From Basidiobolus ranarum (taxonomy: Eukaryota): 46,389 nt of DNA. Position numbers and translations under genes: made by a program. Below are positions 1 to 13,101 of the stretch, piece after piece. The notes beneath the pieces were generated by a model, which had not been told where the DNA came from, did not search any database, and worked only from the letters and a program-made list of their open reading frames with translations. Where the stretch lies: NCBI GenBank assembly GCA_040143965.1, contig JASJQH010000023.1:1-46389 (forward strand). Reading direction: 5' to 3'. The first letter of the stretch is position 1, and the number at the start of each line of letters is the position of its first letter.

Positions 1-360
1 AGCCAACTCCAAAGCCCAAGAGTGAGAAGGAACCAGAACCAAGATAGTGTAATTCGTAATAGTAGTCAGACCCATAGGAATTGTACTGAGCATTAAACTT
101 TGATGATGCTTAAGCAACAGGGGAATGGTTTCCGGGAAGAACACCATTCTAGCCACAAATAGTAAGGTAAAGAGAGAGAACATACAGACATTAGCCAAGA
201 AGAAGATCGAACCAATGGTCACCATACCACGGAATGGGAAAGGGAAGTTAGCAATGACAATGCCTGTAATGCCTGTACCCATGTTAACAGCAAACCATGA
301 TGGAATGAAACCTCTAATAATATCGCGGGGGTGTTCTAGTTCGGAGAATGGAGCCTTCAT
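1..360 (-). CDS. SLAC1/Mae1/Ssu1 family C4-dicarboxylate/sulfite transporter, 5' part (runs off the window start)
   Basis: Manual translation from ATG at 360: MKAPFSELEHPRDIIRGFIPSWFAVNMGTGITGIVIANFPFPFRG...QSLMLSTIPMGLTTI. The 'F-x-PSWF-x-x-x-MGTG' and 'TIPMGL' motifs and hydrophobic helices are typical of the family. Open to the window edge; not in the ORF track. Confidence 0.85.
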   Translation of the reverse strand, partial: MKAPFSELEHPRDIIRGFIPSWFAVNMGTGITGIVIANFPFPFRGMVTIGSIFFLANVCMFSLFTLLFVARMVFFPETIPLLLKHHQSLMLSTIPMGLTTITNYTILVLVPSHSWALELA

Positions 361-1530
361 AATCTTATAACCGTGCAATTTAGTAACAATATTGATTGAT
401 TAGCGGTTGTTTGTTTGTTTGTTGAAGATAATTAAGCTTTGAGCGTCAAGGCAGCTTTTATATTCGCCCAAATGAGTAATGAAATGTACTAAATTGGCAT
501 ATAGCAAATACACATCCCTTTTAGGAATATTCCTAAACAGACAACGCCACCACAGTGCCATCTGGGGCATCTGGTAAGAATATGTCCCCAATCAAGCATA
601 TACTTGGCAATTCGATAAATAGTTTATCCAGTTAGCAACTTGTGACGATCTTACTCACGATATTATTAAGCCTAAAATGAAACATATCTCTATACTCCAA
701 TAAATCCCTCTGGAGATATAAAGGACTTTTCTAGAAGCAACGAGGTTTTTTCCCGTTGTTTTGCTCAAGGGCATGACTAAAATTCCAATTTTATTGAGTT
801 CTAGGCCAATCGTATTATCCTTTTATCGAGGAATTTTACTGGCTCTTATTCTTCTCCTTCCCTATTCGCTCAAGATAAAATAACTGTCGAAACACTTGCC
901 TTGAGCTGGCCTGAGAGTTGGTTGGGCCTACGATAGTCTAGCTCTAATTTTGATAATCTTGCAGAATTCTAAAATTAACTCTACGTACGTTATTCAATGA
1001 TTTGCAAATGGCTCATCTCAAACATTAAAGGTACTGTACTATCGTGATGCTTTGAAACTTTCCCAATGTTCGATTATCCAATTCTCTGAATGTAAGCAGC
1101 TATGGTTAGTACCAACCCAATTCTCTGAAGATGTGGATGAAAATAGCTTTTTTGTTGTGGCTCTGATGATTATGCTGTAGATGCCTATTTGTAAATACCT
1201 ACTGTTGGTGATGCATTTGAAGACATCGCATTGCAGCGAATGTAGATTAACTTTAATTCCATCAATCACAGGAAGATGTTTAAACTAAACGCTGATTTAA
1301 TTTAAACTCAACTTAATCACACATCACTCATACATCAGTTGGAAAATATTCCAAGTCAAAGTGAGTGAGTGAATTTAGGGAAGAGATTTTTTTTCTCCCA
1401 AAAAATTTAGTAGATTCGTAAAAAAAGAAAAAAAATCCCCGTTCTGCTTGGACAAACCATACGAAATTTTACTATTGTTGTTCTATACTTTACCCTTGTT
1501 AAGTAATATAGGTTAAAGTTGTAAGTCAAC

Positions 1531-4432
1531 ATGGCACCAAATAAACGACAAGGAAGAAGTTCTCAACAGTCTCGCTCTAACACACCCAAGGGTAACAAGC
1601 GTAACGGTGGTAAAAGCGGTGCTTGGGTAACCAAGACTACTCCCAAAGCGGCTGATGTTTTCGAAGCTGACGATGACATGGATATTGCCAAGGGAAAGCA
1701 TTTGGACGATGTAGAAAATTTTGAATACGAAGTTGGTGATATCGATGAGGAAGACGATGAGGAACTTGACTCCGACGAAGCTTTTGATGAATCCGACGAC
1801 GAGAAATTTAGTCACTTCAAGTTTGCCGGTACCAAAACGGTAAATAATTTTGTAAAATGAAGGTGATTTTCGTGTTCTTAGGCTAATATATATGTATTTT
1901 TAAAGGATAAGAAATCTAAGCCCTCTGCCAAGAAGGTTAAAGAGGCCGATTCCTCTGACGAAGAAGGTAGTCAAGAATTGCAAAACTTGAACGAAGAAGA
2001 AGAGGAGGAAGAGGACGAAGAAGATGAAGAGGATGATGAAAATTTCATGGATATTTCGGAAATGCTCGGCTCTGAACCTAGTGAAGAGAAGGTAAAGCCA
2101 AAGATGAAGGTATCATTTGAAGATGATGAGGATGTTTCAGATGATGAGAGTGTTTTCGATGAAGATGAAATTTCAATGAGTGAAGAGAGTGAAAATGAGG
2201 ACAAAGACTCCAAATTGGAAACTTTGGACTCTTTCATTTCTTCTCTTGGAAAGAAGAAGACTCGTAAAATTGCTAAAGAGAAAACTGAAGCATACGCCGA
2301 ATCAGAATTTAACTTACCTGCTCGTACCTCTGCAGGTAAATTCTAACCACTTTGATATTTTGTGCCTATCAGTATCGATCCTAACGTTATTTCCCACAGT
2401 TTCAGCATCTCGTAAAAAGATTGATATCAATGATATGCTTGGCGCAGTGGAGGACAAGTCCGGATTCAGTAGTCTCAAGAAAAAGATTCAATCTCTTGAG
2501 AGTGGAGGTAACAAGGGAGACTACAAAGATCCTCTCGCTGCCCCTCTTCCCAAACGTGTTCAAGATAAATTCACCCGTGAAGTCGCGTACGAAGAATCCA
2601 AGAAAAAGATCAGTGAATGGGTTCCAATTGTCAAAAAGAATCGTGAAGCTGACCATTTAGCATTCCCTATGAGTGTGCATGCACCCGATAATATCACCAA
2701 TGCCTCATTGGCTAATAAGTTTGAAGCAACTAATGAGCTTGAGAAGCAAGTCCAAACAGTTCTGGAAGAGAGCGGTATTAAAGAAAGCAACTTGAAGGAG
2801 TACGAAGAGTTAGAACTTAACAAGCTATCGGTTGAAGAAGTCCAAACTCGCAGACGTGAATTAAGACTGATGCGCGAACTCATGTTCCGTGAAGAAGTCA
2901 AAGCCAAGCGAGTTTCCAAGATTAAGAGCAAAGCTTTCCGTAAATTGAAGAAGAAGGAAAAGGAAAGAGAAATCAAACTTCTACGTGATGTCGATCCAGA
3001 AATGGACGATGACGAAAGACACAAGGCCGAAGTCGCTCGTGCACAGGAGCGTATGACTTTGAAGCATAAGAACACTGGTAAATGGGCCAAGCAAATGCTC
3101 AAACATGGAAACGATGATGAAAGCCGTCAAGCAATCATCGATCAACTCCAAAAAGGTGACGCATTACGTCGTAAGATTCACGATATGGGCTCTGACGAAG
3201 ATTCAGACGACTCTTATCATACTGATTTGAGTGATGGTGAAGACGATCCTACTGAGGTCAAGAAGCGTGCCTTTGATGAAATTGAGAAGTTGGATGCCAG
3301 CGACGATGACCAGAAGCCCAAGAAGGGAGTCTTCGCCATGAAATTCATGCAACAAGCTATCGATCGTCAAAAGGAACAAAACAGAGCCTTAATTGAAAGC
3401 TTCAAAGATGATCTTGAGTACATGAGCGAGGATGAGTCAAGCAGTAAGAAGCCTGAAGAGAAAGAGATCTCAACTATGGTCGGAGGTAATCCTGGTAGAC
3501 TTGTGTTTGGTGGCGGGGCTAAACCCATTGAATCTTCAAGCGAGAAATCAGCCAAAAAGCCCAAGCTATCTATGGATCAAGGAGGTCAAATATCTAAGGT
3601 CTCAATGTCAGCTGGTCACAATACTAGACTAAGTGGACCTGTCTCTTTGGGTAGCACTACCGCCTCTAACAAAAGCCAAACTGCTCCCCAGCCCCAAGGA
3701 CCTGTGGATGACGAAAGCAATCCTTGGTTACAACATGATAGTAAAGTCAGCACTCAAAGCAAGAAGGTTAACAAGGCTGTGGGTAAGGGAGAGAATAAAT
3801 CTGAGAAGTTGGTATCCAAACTCAAGAAGAAATCAAAGGACCAAGAAGACGATAGCGTCGACCTTGACCTTAACAATGTGCTTACTCTTCGTAATGCCGA
3901 TGCCGACCAATCCGATGATTCCGCTGATCTCGACGATGAGTCTATCAAACTGACACACGTTAAGAATCCTAATGCCTTCACTCAGCGCGATTTAGTCCAA
4001 AGAGCCTTTGCTAATGATAATGTCGTTGAGGAGTTTGAAGAGGAGAAGACTAGAGAAATTGAGGAAGATGCACCTAAGGATGAAGATGTCACACTCCCAG
4101 GCTGGGGACATTGGGTAGGAGATGGCGTGAAGTCTAAGCAACCTAGATTCATCAAGAAGGCTAACCCATTGGATGGTGTTGATGCCAAGAAGCGCAAGGA
4201 CTTCAAGCTTAAGAATGTCATCATTAATGAGAAGAAAATCAAGAAGAATGCCAAGTATACCGTAACTCAAGTACCATTCCCTTACCAAACCAGAGAACAG
4301 TACGAGAAGAGCATGAGAGCACCAATTGGTAAGGAATGGAATGCCACATCCTCATTCCAGAAGATGATTCTACCTAGAGTCACCACCAAGGCGGGTACTA
4401 TAATCGACCCTTTGAAGTCAGGGAAAAAATAG
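1531..4432 (+). CDS. UTP14: U3 snoRNP/SSU processome protein Utp14; exons 1531-1839, 1906-2335, 2400-4432
   Basis: GT-AG introns at 1840-1905 and 2336-2399 join three ORFs in frame. Motifs PLAAPLPK, RAQERMTLKHKNTGKWAK, TLPGWGHW, VPFPYQTREQYEKSMRAPIGKEWN and GTIIDP are characteristic of Utp14. Confidence 0.95.
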
Positions 4433-5023
4433 ATGAGTTTCTTTACGCAACCTAACGTCAACTTGATTGAACATACATCTGTCAAGTAGCGTCGAATGTA
4501 CATACATAAAGTCGATTAATCTATCAATATGAATAAATTTTAGCAACCATAGATAATGTATCTTGATTGGCAAATGGTTACCTACTTTGAGAACACCATA
4601 AATAAAGCGATGAAAGCAACTATGTAATGTTCTTTGCACCCTAACCATCAACCAAAGCAACCGTATAATGCTTCACATCATTTTTTTCGTTGTTGACATG
4701 TTTCTATTCGCTTGATGAAGGAGAATGGTAAGTATATCTTGGAAGCTCATCTTCTAATTTACACACATCTTGCCTGCACCTCTATGGATCACATTAGACG
4801 GGCTACTACGGGTTAAAGAGATTTATGGACTACTCTGTTTATTTGTTATTAAAGATATGGCACAGAGGTAATTGATCAAACAACCACTCGCTTGACATAT
4901 TTCAATGCATATAAAAATTTACAAATACAAATTCATCAAAAGAAAATATGGAAATGGTTGAAATCTTAATACAGTATTCAGGTTCAGGTTTGGGTGACAT
5001 CAAGTCGGATGCTAAAAATCGTC

Positions 5024-6864
5024 TCATGCTTTGCTTTTCTTATTACGCTTGGTTTTTTTTCCCGAGTTGGAAGAGGGATCGTCCACTTGCTTACGCGATT
5101 TGACGGACTTTTTGTGAATAGCTGGTGACTTGGGGATGGTTAGATTCCTATGAGGTAAGGGTTGTAGAGAGTCGGGCCGGTACAAGGTCTCTGGAATGGG
5201 AACTGGTTTGTGAACAAGAGTTCGTCGAAACTTTTGAAGTTGCCTTTCTTTTTCTTTTGCCATTTCCTGGCGTTTTGCTTCCCAGATGGCGTTATTCTTT
5301 TCCTTTTCTTGCTTCACTAGAATCTCCCAATCATGTCGTTCTTGGATACGATCTTCAGTACTCAAGTGAATCTCTTCGGGTACAGTGAAAGCTTTATCAG
5401 AATGGCTAGGATACCACACAGTACTGAAATCGGGCATTGGATTTGCTCGTGGTATGGCCATTTGCTTGGCTATTTTTTCACTCTGCTTCAATTTGTCCTG
5501 AAGGAATTGCTGATAAGCATCACCTCTTAGATCAGTTTCAAGGCGAAAAGGCATGGGTCTCGTGAGTGGACGGGGTTCAACTGGAGGAAGTGGATCCGGA
5601 TACTCCAAATCAAGCATAGGATTTGCATGTACTTGGCGAAGACGTTGCGCCTCTTCTTCCTCGCGCTGCAACTTTTCTCTGAATCGCTGAAGCTTTCTTT
5701 CTCTGATAGAATCCCCAACAAAATGAAAGGGCTCTGGAACTGTGATTCCTGGCATATGAACATTGACTTCCCTCTTTCTCCTGCGTGCTCTGGAACGGGT
5801 AATCTCATCAGTTGCGATAGGCTTGGGTCTAGGTTTGGTAATGTTTGGAGACTTGGGGATGGTCAAACCATTCACTCGCTTACTTTTGCTGACAACCTTG
5901 ACAGCTGGACGATCAACAACATCAAAATCAATCCTACGCCTCTTGGTAGGCTTGGTAATATTAGGTGATTTGGGTATAGTAGCACCTTTCCACTTCCTTG
6001 TTAACTTCGGGATAGGCTTATTCTCTGTACACTCTTCCTCAATCAACTTCCTTTTGGTAACTTTGGTGATGTTGGGAGATCTTGGTATTGTTAGTCCATT
6101 GACCTTGAGATGAGTACGAACTTTCCGTGGCTTTATCTCTTGGACATCCTCATGAAGTTCATGTTTAGCTCTAACCTTCGTCCTCAATTTGGGTGATTTT
6201 GGCACAGTAAGTCTACTTTGAAATAGATTTGCTGATGGTTTAATAGCAGGCTTAACCTTAAACCGCTCGGGAGTCTTATTAAAGAAGTTATTTGTACGTG
6301 AAGCCATTGACACGAATGGTGATTTAGGCATGATATCACGACCCCTCACAGAAGTCAAGAGTTTGAAGGGCTTTGGTACAGTCAAATCGAATAAATTCGT
6401 ACGATTTCTCTTCTTGGTCAAAATCACCTCAGAATCATCGACCATCTTAGCATGATTACCCAGTTCCTTTAAACGTTTAGTGAAATGAGGGGATTTTGGA
6501 ACGGTCAGTTTTTTCGTCGATCTAACCGGAATAAATTGACGTTTGGTATAAGTGGTTTCTGGTTTGTTGTAAGGGATCTCCTCCTCCCAAGAGGCTCGAA
6601 GATTACCATTGTGGATCATACCATTCCCCCGATGCTCCTCAGGAGAGGTTACGATAAAGGGATTATCTAGAGAATAGCCAATTGATTGTTAGAAAAAATG
6701 TTTAAGGAAATGAGAAAACGTCGATTTCATATTTTCAAACGGAATCAATAAAATATTGTACCTTGAACTTCTTCATCACTCTCTGAGTATGAATCAGCTT
6801 GTAGAGTAGGGTCGTCCAACTCACTGGGGATATCGTTGTAAAAGTCATCGGATTCACCAATCAT
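5024..6864 (-). CDS. TPX2: TPX2-like microtubule/spindle assembly protein; exons 6864-6762, 6666-5024
   Basis: Basic protein with repeated [LA]T[VI]P[KR]SP motifs (e.g. LTVPKSPKLRTKVRA), plus PLTRPMPFRLETDLRG and FTVPEEIHLSTEDRIQER followed by a coiled coil and RRTLVHKP, matching the TPX2 C-terminal architecture. An acidic first exon splices in frame through GT-AG intron 6761-6667. Confidence 0.75.
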
Positions 6865-7357
6865 TTCAAGTAACTAAGAAGAGTCAACTTAAAAAGTAGT
6901 GGAAAAAAACCTAAAAGAAATAAAAAATAAGGTGAAGGTGAAGGTAAAGGTTGTGTCGAAAGTTGCAGAATAAATGAGGCCACGATGAAAGGTGATCTTT
7001 TCATAATAAATTATTCTAAGCATTGTTTACACCATTATTAGATTCTTCGGTAGGTTTGTTTACATTTCTTACCCTTCAAGGCCATTGGCTCAAAAACCTA
7101 CCCCATGTATAGTGAAGAGATCATCCATTATGGAAATTCACGCAATTTTAATATTCGTTATTTGAATTAGTTTCATCGTCATCAACTTCGACAAGTTATT
7201 AAATGCCAAGTTAGCTAAGATTCATGCAGTTCGAGACTAATGTACTGGTTTATTACTAGTAAAAACAATGGCACATAAAAATAATAAAACTAACAAGGAG
7301 TTATACAACAATTTTACTCATTTGAGTGTGGAGTCTCTAAAACAATATTTCCAACGC

Positions 7358-8305
7358 TTAAGCTCTACGCTTCTTCAACTTTGGGGAAGTTTTGGGTGAT
7401 TGCTTAGGAGATGCCTTGTAGTGATGTTCAGGGATCCAGCTGGAGTCCACCTTTCTATCAGCTTCCTTAACAGGAGCAACAGGTTGAGGAGCAACACGCT
7501 TCTTAGGGGCTTCCTTGAAGTAGGTATTCTTAACCATGTAACCAGCACCAACAACGGCACCAATCAACAAAAGATAGACGGAAAGGCTAATGTGAATTTG
7601 ATTAAGAATTAGAAAACTGCAAGATGCAATGGTGGCGATAAACGGTAAACTTACATTTGGAGATCGAAGAAACTCTCGTTGCTGATGAGGGTGACGACAT
7701 CACTGTGGGCAACTTCGTTGAAGATGGTCTTGGCCTTATCGGCGAAGTCAACGGAAACAACCAAACCAAGTTCAGTAGGGCTGAAATCAGCATAAAACTT
7801 GAAAGGAAGTTCAATGATGTCACCGGCAGCAATCTTCTTGTTTACCTTAACGGTGGTCAACTATTGCAAAAACTATCAATATTACGTCAAGTTGAGATTT
7901 TTGTATATTGAAAATAACCTACATTACGCAAAACTTGGTTGAAGTCCTCAGGGTGTACAAAAGCACCTTGAATAGACACAACGTTAAGCTCACTATCGGC
8001 ATTGTTGGCAAAGTTGATGACCATATTGTTCATCTCCCCATTGACAACGACTACAAAAATAATAGAAAAATAAACACTCCGAGCACTATGGAAAGTGAAC
8101 ACTAAATTATAACATACCACCAGTGAACTCGGCAGTAGCCTTAACATTTGGTTTCTCTTGAGCCCAAGCTAGAGTTTCAGGGAAAAGATATTAAGTAGAT
8201 GCTTGCAATAACAATGTTAGACAAAGTCTAGTAATTACCGGCAAAGGGAGACAAAAGAACCAAAATTAAACAGAAGTAAAATCCAAGGCCAGAACGGACA
8301 GACAT
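7358..8305 (-). CDS. SSR1: Translocon-associated protein alpha (TRAP-alpha/SSR1, Irc22-like); exons 8305-8239, 8168-8118, 8050-7923, 7860-7655, 7586-7358
   Basis: Signal peptide, lumenal VVNGE...VLRNLT...LPFKF domain, one TM helix after SFFDLQ, and a cytosolic DSSWIPEHH motif. Four GT-AG introns keep the frame. Confidence 0.85.
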
Positions 8306-8752
8306 ATTGATGGTGGTATGAAACTCAACGCGCCGAGAATAACACTTTAAATCCAACGCGGCTCTCATACTTTTATTCAGAGATTCATGTTGTCGAAATT
8401 TCATTGGTGGTGACAGGTCTGAGTGTACAAATTTACTCTGTACTAGGAAATCAATTGGCCCTCTTTGTCTCGATAATTTAGGCGAAAATTGAAGAAATCA
8501 TCTGGCAAAATTGTGAATTTTGAAATCCATTGACGATAGCCATTGGGCAAGTTTTGCACTTTAAAAGGCCTCTATGTCCAGCTCATCACTTCCCTATCTA
8601 TCCATTCTAGATGGAATACCGTGTAAAATCGGGATTGTGGCGTTCAAAATAGGAAAATCTAAAGCTAAATTGGACATTTTTGTTCCGCTGCATTCAATAA
8701 AAAGTGTCCTAAGCTTGATCGTGCTTTGTTTATTGTCTTTACACACAAGAAA

Positions 8753-9244
8753 ATGCCAGGCATCGACAACTGCAAAGTCACCGAAGATCCCCTCTTGGTT
8801 CAGGAGCTCATCGATATTGTGAAAGATGACGGTGCTGGTGCCATATCGACCTTCATAGGAACCACCCGTAACGTGTTTCAAGGTGAGTCTAAATACAAGT
8901 AGCCGGTGCCTCAAATCTCTCTAATCTCGTTCTGTAATCTAGACAAAGAAGTAAAGACACTATCATACGAGGGCTATGTACCTATGGCAGAGAAAATATT
9001 GTACGATATTATTGCTGAAGCTCGACAGAAGTGGTCCTTGATTAATGTTGCTATCCATCATAAGGTTGGAGAGGTCCCAGTTGGTGATACTAGCGTTATC
9101 GTTGTAGTCTCTTCGAAACATCGTCGGGATTCTCTGGAGGCTTGTCACTTCCTTATTGACGAACTAAAGGCAAGAGTTCCTATATGGAAAAAGGAGATTT
9201 TTGCCGATGGTTCTTCAATTTGGAAGGATAATTGTCATTGTTAA
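8753..9244 (+). CDS. MOCS2B: Molybdopterin synthase catalytic subunit (MoaE/MOCS2B/CnxH); exons 8753-8882, 8943-9244
   Basis: GAISTFIGTTRN, LSYEGYVPMA, HKVGEVPVGDTSV, SSKHRRDSLEAC and LKARVPIWKKE are MoaE motifs. GTGAGT...AG intron at 8883-8942. Confidence 0.93.
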
Positions 9245-9461
9245 ATAAGAATAATTGAACTTTAGTTTCTTCCGTATGTTCCTGACTCTTCAATCTGTGT
9301 AAAAATAATTCTGGTTGAGAAGCCTTCAACAAAACAGTAGTCCATGCCATGATAGAATTGTAGGGTAGATGTTTTTGTGTTGGTTTTATTTATTATTGTA
9401 CGTTAGCTAGGAATCTTGAGCGTAAAGACTCTAAACATGAAGTATTATAAAACACACGGCT

Positions 9462-11086
9462 TTATAGCTCAGTTTTAGGCTCGTCTTTTTTCTGATCCTC
9501 GTCTTGATTATACACCATTTGGTACATCTTTTCCAATTTGCTAGCTCTTTGTGAGGGTGGCGCCTTTGGAGGTTGTTCTTGCTTCTCATTCGCCTTTATC
9601 TGAGCTCCTTGTGCATTAAGAAATTGTTGCAGTAACTGTAATTTCTGTTCTAAGCTCGCAAAATGATCATCTTTGCCGGATTCTGCTTTGCCCTCAACAT
9701 TTTCGTCGGCAAGTAAGGTTATTATTTGTGGAGTTTTGACGTCCTTTTTACTCTCCGAATCCTCTCCTTTATCCTTGGGATCTTTGACACCCACTCGTTG
9801 GTTGATCTGTGCGAACAAAAGCTTACCATATTCTTCCTGCAATTCTCTGTCACCATGTCTAGGTATTTTGAAATTGAATTGGATAGTTGTCTTGGCTGCT
9901 GCTGCAGACTCTGTTGTAGTTTGCTCACTTGGAGGTACGGTTTCCTCCGGAGTGTTTAGGGCCTGATCCTTCGATTGTTCCAAAAGTAACTTCTCGGATG
10001 TATGATCTTCGGCGGCGCTTTGCGAGAGTTGGTAAAATCCATCGGTGACTACACGGTCACATTGGATGATATGATGTGGCAAAGCTTTTTCATCAGCAAA
10101 CAAGGGGTCATTGCAAAGACTGGATGTATGTATGATGATATCGTAATTGCAGGTCGACGTTTCCTTCACGGCTATAATCTTGTGTCCAGGGGAAGGGTTG
10201 CAATAAAACTTATAAAATAATATTAACACTCAAGGTACATTCTTGAAATGAGAGAATATCAAAAGGCTTACCTTAACTTCAATCATTCTGGGTTTTCCAT
10301 TCAAATCACAAATGGTCCCACCCGCCCAACGTTGCGTAAGATATTTCTTGCCTGCGCTAGATTTAACGCTGGTTGTGGGGGTTTTCTTATCCAATCCTTC
10401 GTATTTTCCAAGGACATAAGTGGATGAACTGTCGGCTTCTCCTTCAGCTTCTTGATGATATTGAACGACATATTTTTGGTGACAATATTGGTAAGTCCAC
10501 CATTTTTCACGCTAAAATAAGTGGTTTAGTTGTGAAAGAAGATTGATCATGATTGAAATTATTAATACGTACAATATATAAGCAATCGGCCTTTAGAGAA
10601 TTCAATAAATCCAGGCCACGTTCAACCACCTTATCCAAATCTTGTCTAGACGTATCTTGTTCTGATTTGGTGAGTACTACAGGTGGAGGAGGTGTCGGTA
10701 CTGTACACAGAAATCTATCACCAAGGTAGTTACGCATCATGATTTTCGCAGGTTCATTATCGGCAGATGGACGAGGTTTGTCTAAAGACTGGTAACAAAC
10801 GAGTCAATAAGGCTTCCTAAGCAACACAAGTACAGTAATGAAAAGAAAAAAGATCCATTTTGAGGGATTGTAACGGGTTTCTTACTTTGAATTCTTCTTT
10901 ATTTGGCCCCATGTCAACGGTACTTTCTGGTATTAGATTATTCTTGATAACCACTTCATATTGTGGAGTTTGTAGTAAGTCTTCGTAAACAGTTCCAAAT
11001 CCTTGACACTGGTAGAAAAATTGTGCTACAGAGGCTACAAACGTAAAACTTAATAAAAGTTTGTTACTTTGCTTTGTAAAGTACAT
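9462..11086 (-). CDS. YOS9: ERAD lectin OS-9/Yos9 (MRH domain); exons 11086-10886, 10788-10573, 10511-10272, 10208-9462
   Basis: Signal peptide; CLYI-REKWWTYQYCHQKYVVQYHQ and VKETSTCNYDIIIHTSSLC MRH motifs; C-terminal KTEL ER-retention-like signal. Exons join in phase 0. Confidence 0.88.
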
Positions 11087-11443
11087 GGCCCTCCAGTCTA
11101 ATATTCACTCCAAGCTAAGGTGTTTACCTATGGTTTAAAATTCCACTGTCACAAATCAAGTTGTCAAGGTAGTAATGGAATGGATTTGGGTTGGCTTTCA
11201 TTCATTGGTTTAATATTAGAATGAATCAAATAGATTTTATTTGTGGCAAGATGAATAATCAAGAATGAGCGTTACATCTGGATTAGGTGAAAAAATTGAA
11301 ATTAATTTGAATTCCATTTTGGTTTAAATTCTAATTAAATCGTGAATCTGCATAAATTTTTAGAGTATGGAAAAAAATATGTCAACTAGTATTAGTGCTC
11401 ATGTCTAAGGGTTGGATTAGGTTCGTGAAGGTCACAAGTAAAC

Positions 11444-12914
11444 ATGTCAGCCTCATTACTTGAGAAACTTCTATCTGGAAGAGAGTATTCCCCTTTGATC
11501 GTACTGCAGGATACTTTAGAACAGAGTAGCTTCATTCTTCTGCAAGAATTTGTGGTTAAAGCTGTATCAAGGTAAATTGTAGAGTCTCGTTTTCATTTTT
11601 GTAAAATACTTTAACTCAACTATTACAAAGCAACCGTCGTATCATTTGGTTAACGACAGAAACTTCTGTCACTTCACTTGAGAGATATTTACCAAAAGAA
11701 ATAAGGTATTGGGTAATTTATTGTGTCATTTGGTATTCAAAATATTGACGTGAACTTTCATATTTTTTCTCTCAGAGTCGTATACATTGATGCTTACAGT
11801 AACGTATTCGCCAGTGAAAGTGACCACCCCAAGCATTCACCTAGCTTATATGTTTTGAAGGACGCTTCAGATCTCAATGAAGCCGAGACTTTGATTAAAA
11901 GATTGACTCAATCAAGTACTTCATTTCGTCTTTATTTACAGCTTCTTCACTTTCACCAGGCTAATCGTTTATTTAATTGATATTATAGCAAATGTACCAT
12001 ATACTCTAGTGCTGGACTCGTTGAGTTCTTTTATACGAGATTCTACCACCAAAACCTTCAGATTTGTCAAGAACCTTGTCGCTGACGTTAAGGGTATGTC
12101 CAGGTTCCTTGATTTAATATTAACACATTGAATACTCAAGCCTTCAAAATGTTTCCTTTAGAGCCAAGCAATATCTTAGCAACCTATCACGGTGATATTC
12201 CAGATACTTCATCGGCTTCCGGTTATCCTACTTTGCCACACATCTCCAGTGCTTTTTCACAATTAGCATCTACTAAAATCATCGTCAAAAATATCCTAGA
12301 GCGTGATCCACTCGATTACGAAGAGGAAGAGCCTCGGGAATATATTACAGAGCATTCGAATTCTCTTACAGTCGGGAAATGTGAACTTGAGCATAAGCGT
12401 AAATCTGGAAAAGTGGTTAGAGAGGTAATGGTTCATGAGGAGTACTGAATGTCTTGAAACCCAATCAATTAATATTATTTCTCAAAAGAGAGTTGTTTTC
12501 GAAGTTAATCCCTCTGGTGGCTTGTCTATATCTACCGTGATCAATGCACCACTTGTAGTTGAGCCTGAGTCTGAATCAACAGAGGTAAGCATTGAACTGC
12601 CTTATACAGTTGAACTAAGCGCTTCAGTTGTTGACCCATGTTTTTCTTAAGATTGACCCCGCCGCCAATCTATCCTTCAACCTAAATTTGACTGAGGAAC
12701 AAAGAAAGGCGAAGAATGAGGTTGTTCTCCCTTACTTGAAGACCAAAGGTATATACGTGGTTATATAGATAGAACACAGTTTCATTCTTGCTAAACACAT
12801 GGGTATGCACCTACATCTATTTTAGAACAAGAAGTATCTGGCGCTATCTATTACGAACCCGACGAGGCCGATGATTTCGATGACGAGGATCCTGATGAGG
12901 ATTTGAATATTTAA
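11444..12914 (+). CDS. ELP5: Elongator complex subunit 5 (Elp5/Iki1), multi-exon
   Basis: Starts MSASLLEKLLSGREYSPLIVLQDTLEQS. Contains LEHKRKSGKV, SFNLNLTEEQRKAKNEVVLPY and the terminal IYYEPDEADDFDDEDPDEDLNI typical of Elp5. Several GT-AG introns; not all internal boundaries were resolved. Confidence 0.88.
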
Positions 12915-13101
12915 ATCAATGAGAATTAATATTTACATTCTGTCATATGTTTGATATTAGAGATAAAAAGGTAGACTGTCAACTGATTTCCACGCGAAAT
13001 AAATCAACGAGTAGTTATTTCGATCCATTTATAAAGTTTAAAATTCGGGGGGGGGGTTACAATTGATCATTCGTAGATGTAAGAAAGACTTCGGTAGTCT
13101 A

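Noticed and set aside
1011..1410. PAC (GCTCATC) and RRPE-like (AAAAATTT) motifs upstream of UTP14
   Set aside because: Plausible for a ribosome-biogenesis gene, but too short, too far apart and too AT-rich to support without conservation data.
2180..2399. Alternative N-terminus of the 750 aa ORF
   Set aside because: Out-of-frame read through UTP14 exon 2 and intron 2336-2399; splicing explains it.
4668..4816. Intron-like GTAAGT...CTAAT...TAG signal between UTP14 and TPX2-like
   Set aside because: No convincing ORF results from splicing it; may be 3'UTR or chance.
8574..8822. Upstream ORF overlapping MOCS2B, suggesting a human-like bicistronic MOCS2A/MOCS2B locus
   Set aside because: The peptide lacks MoaD/ubiquitin-like features and the obligatory C-terminal Gly-Gly.
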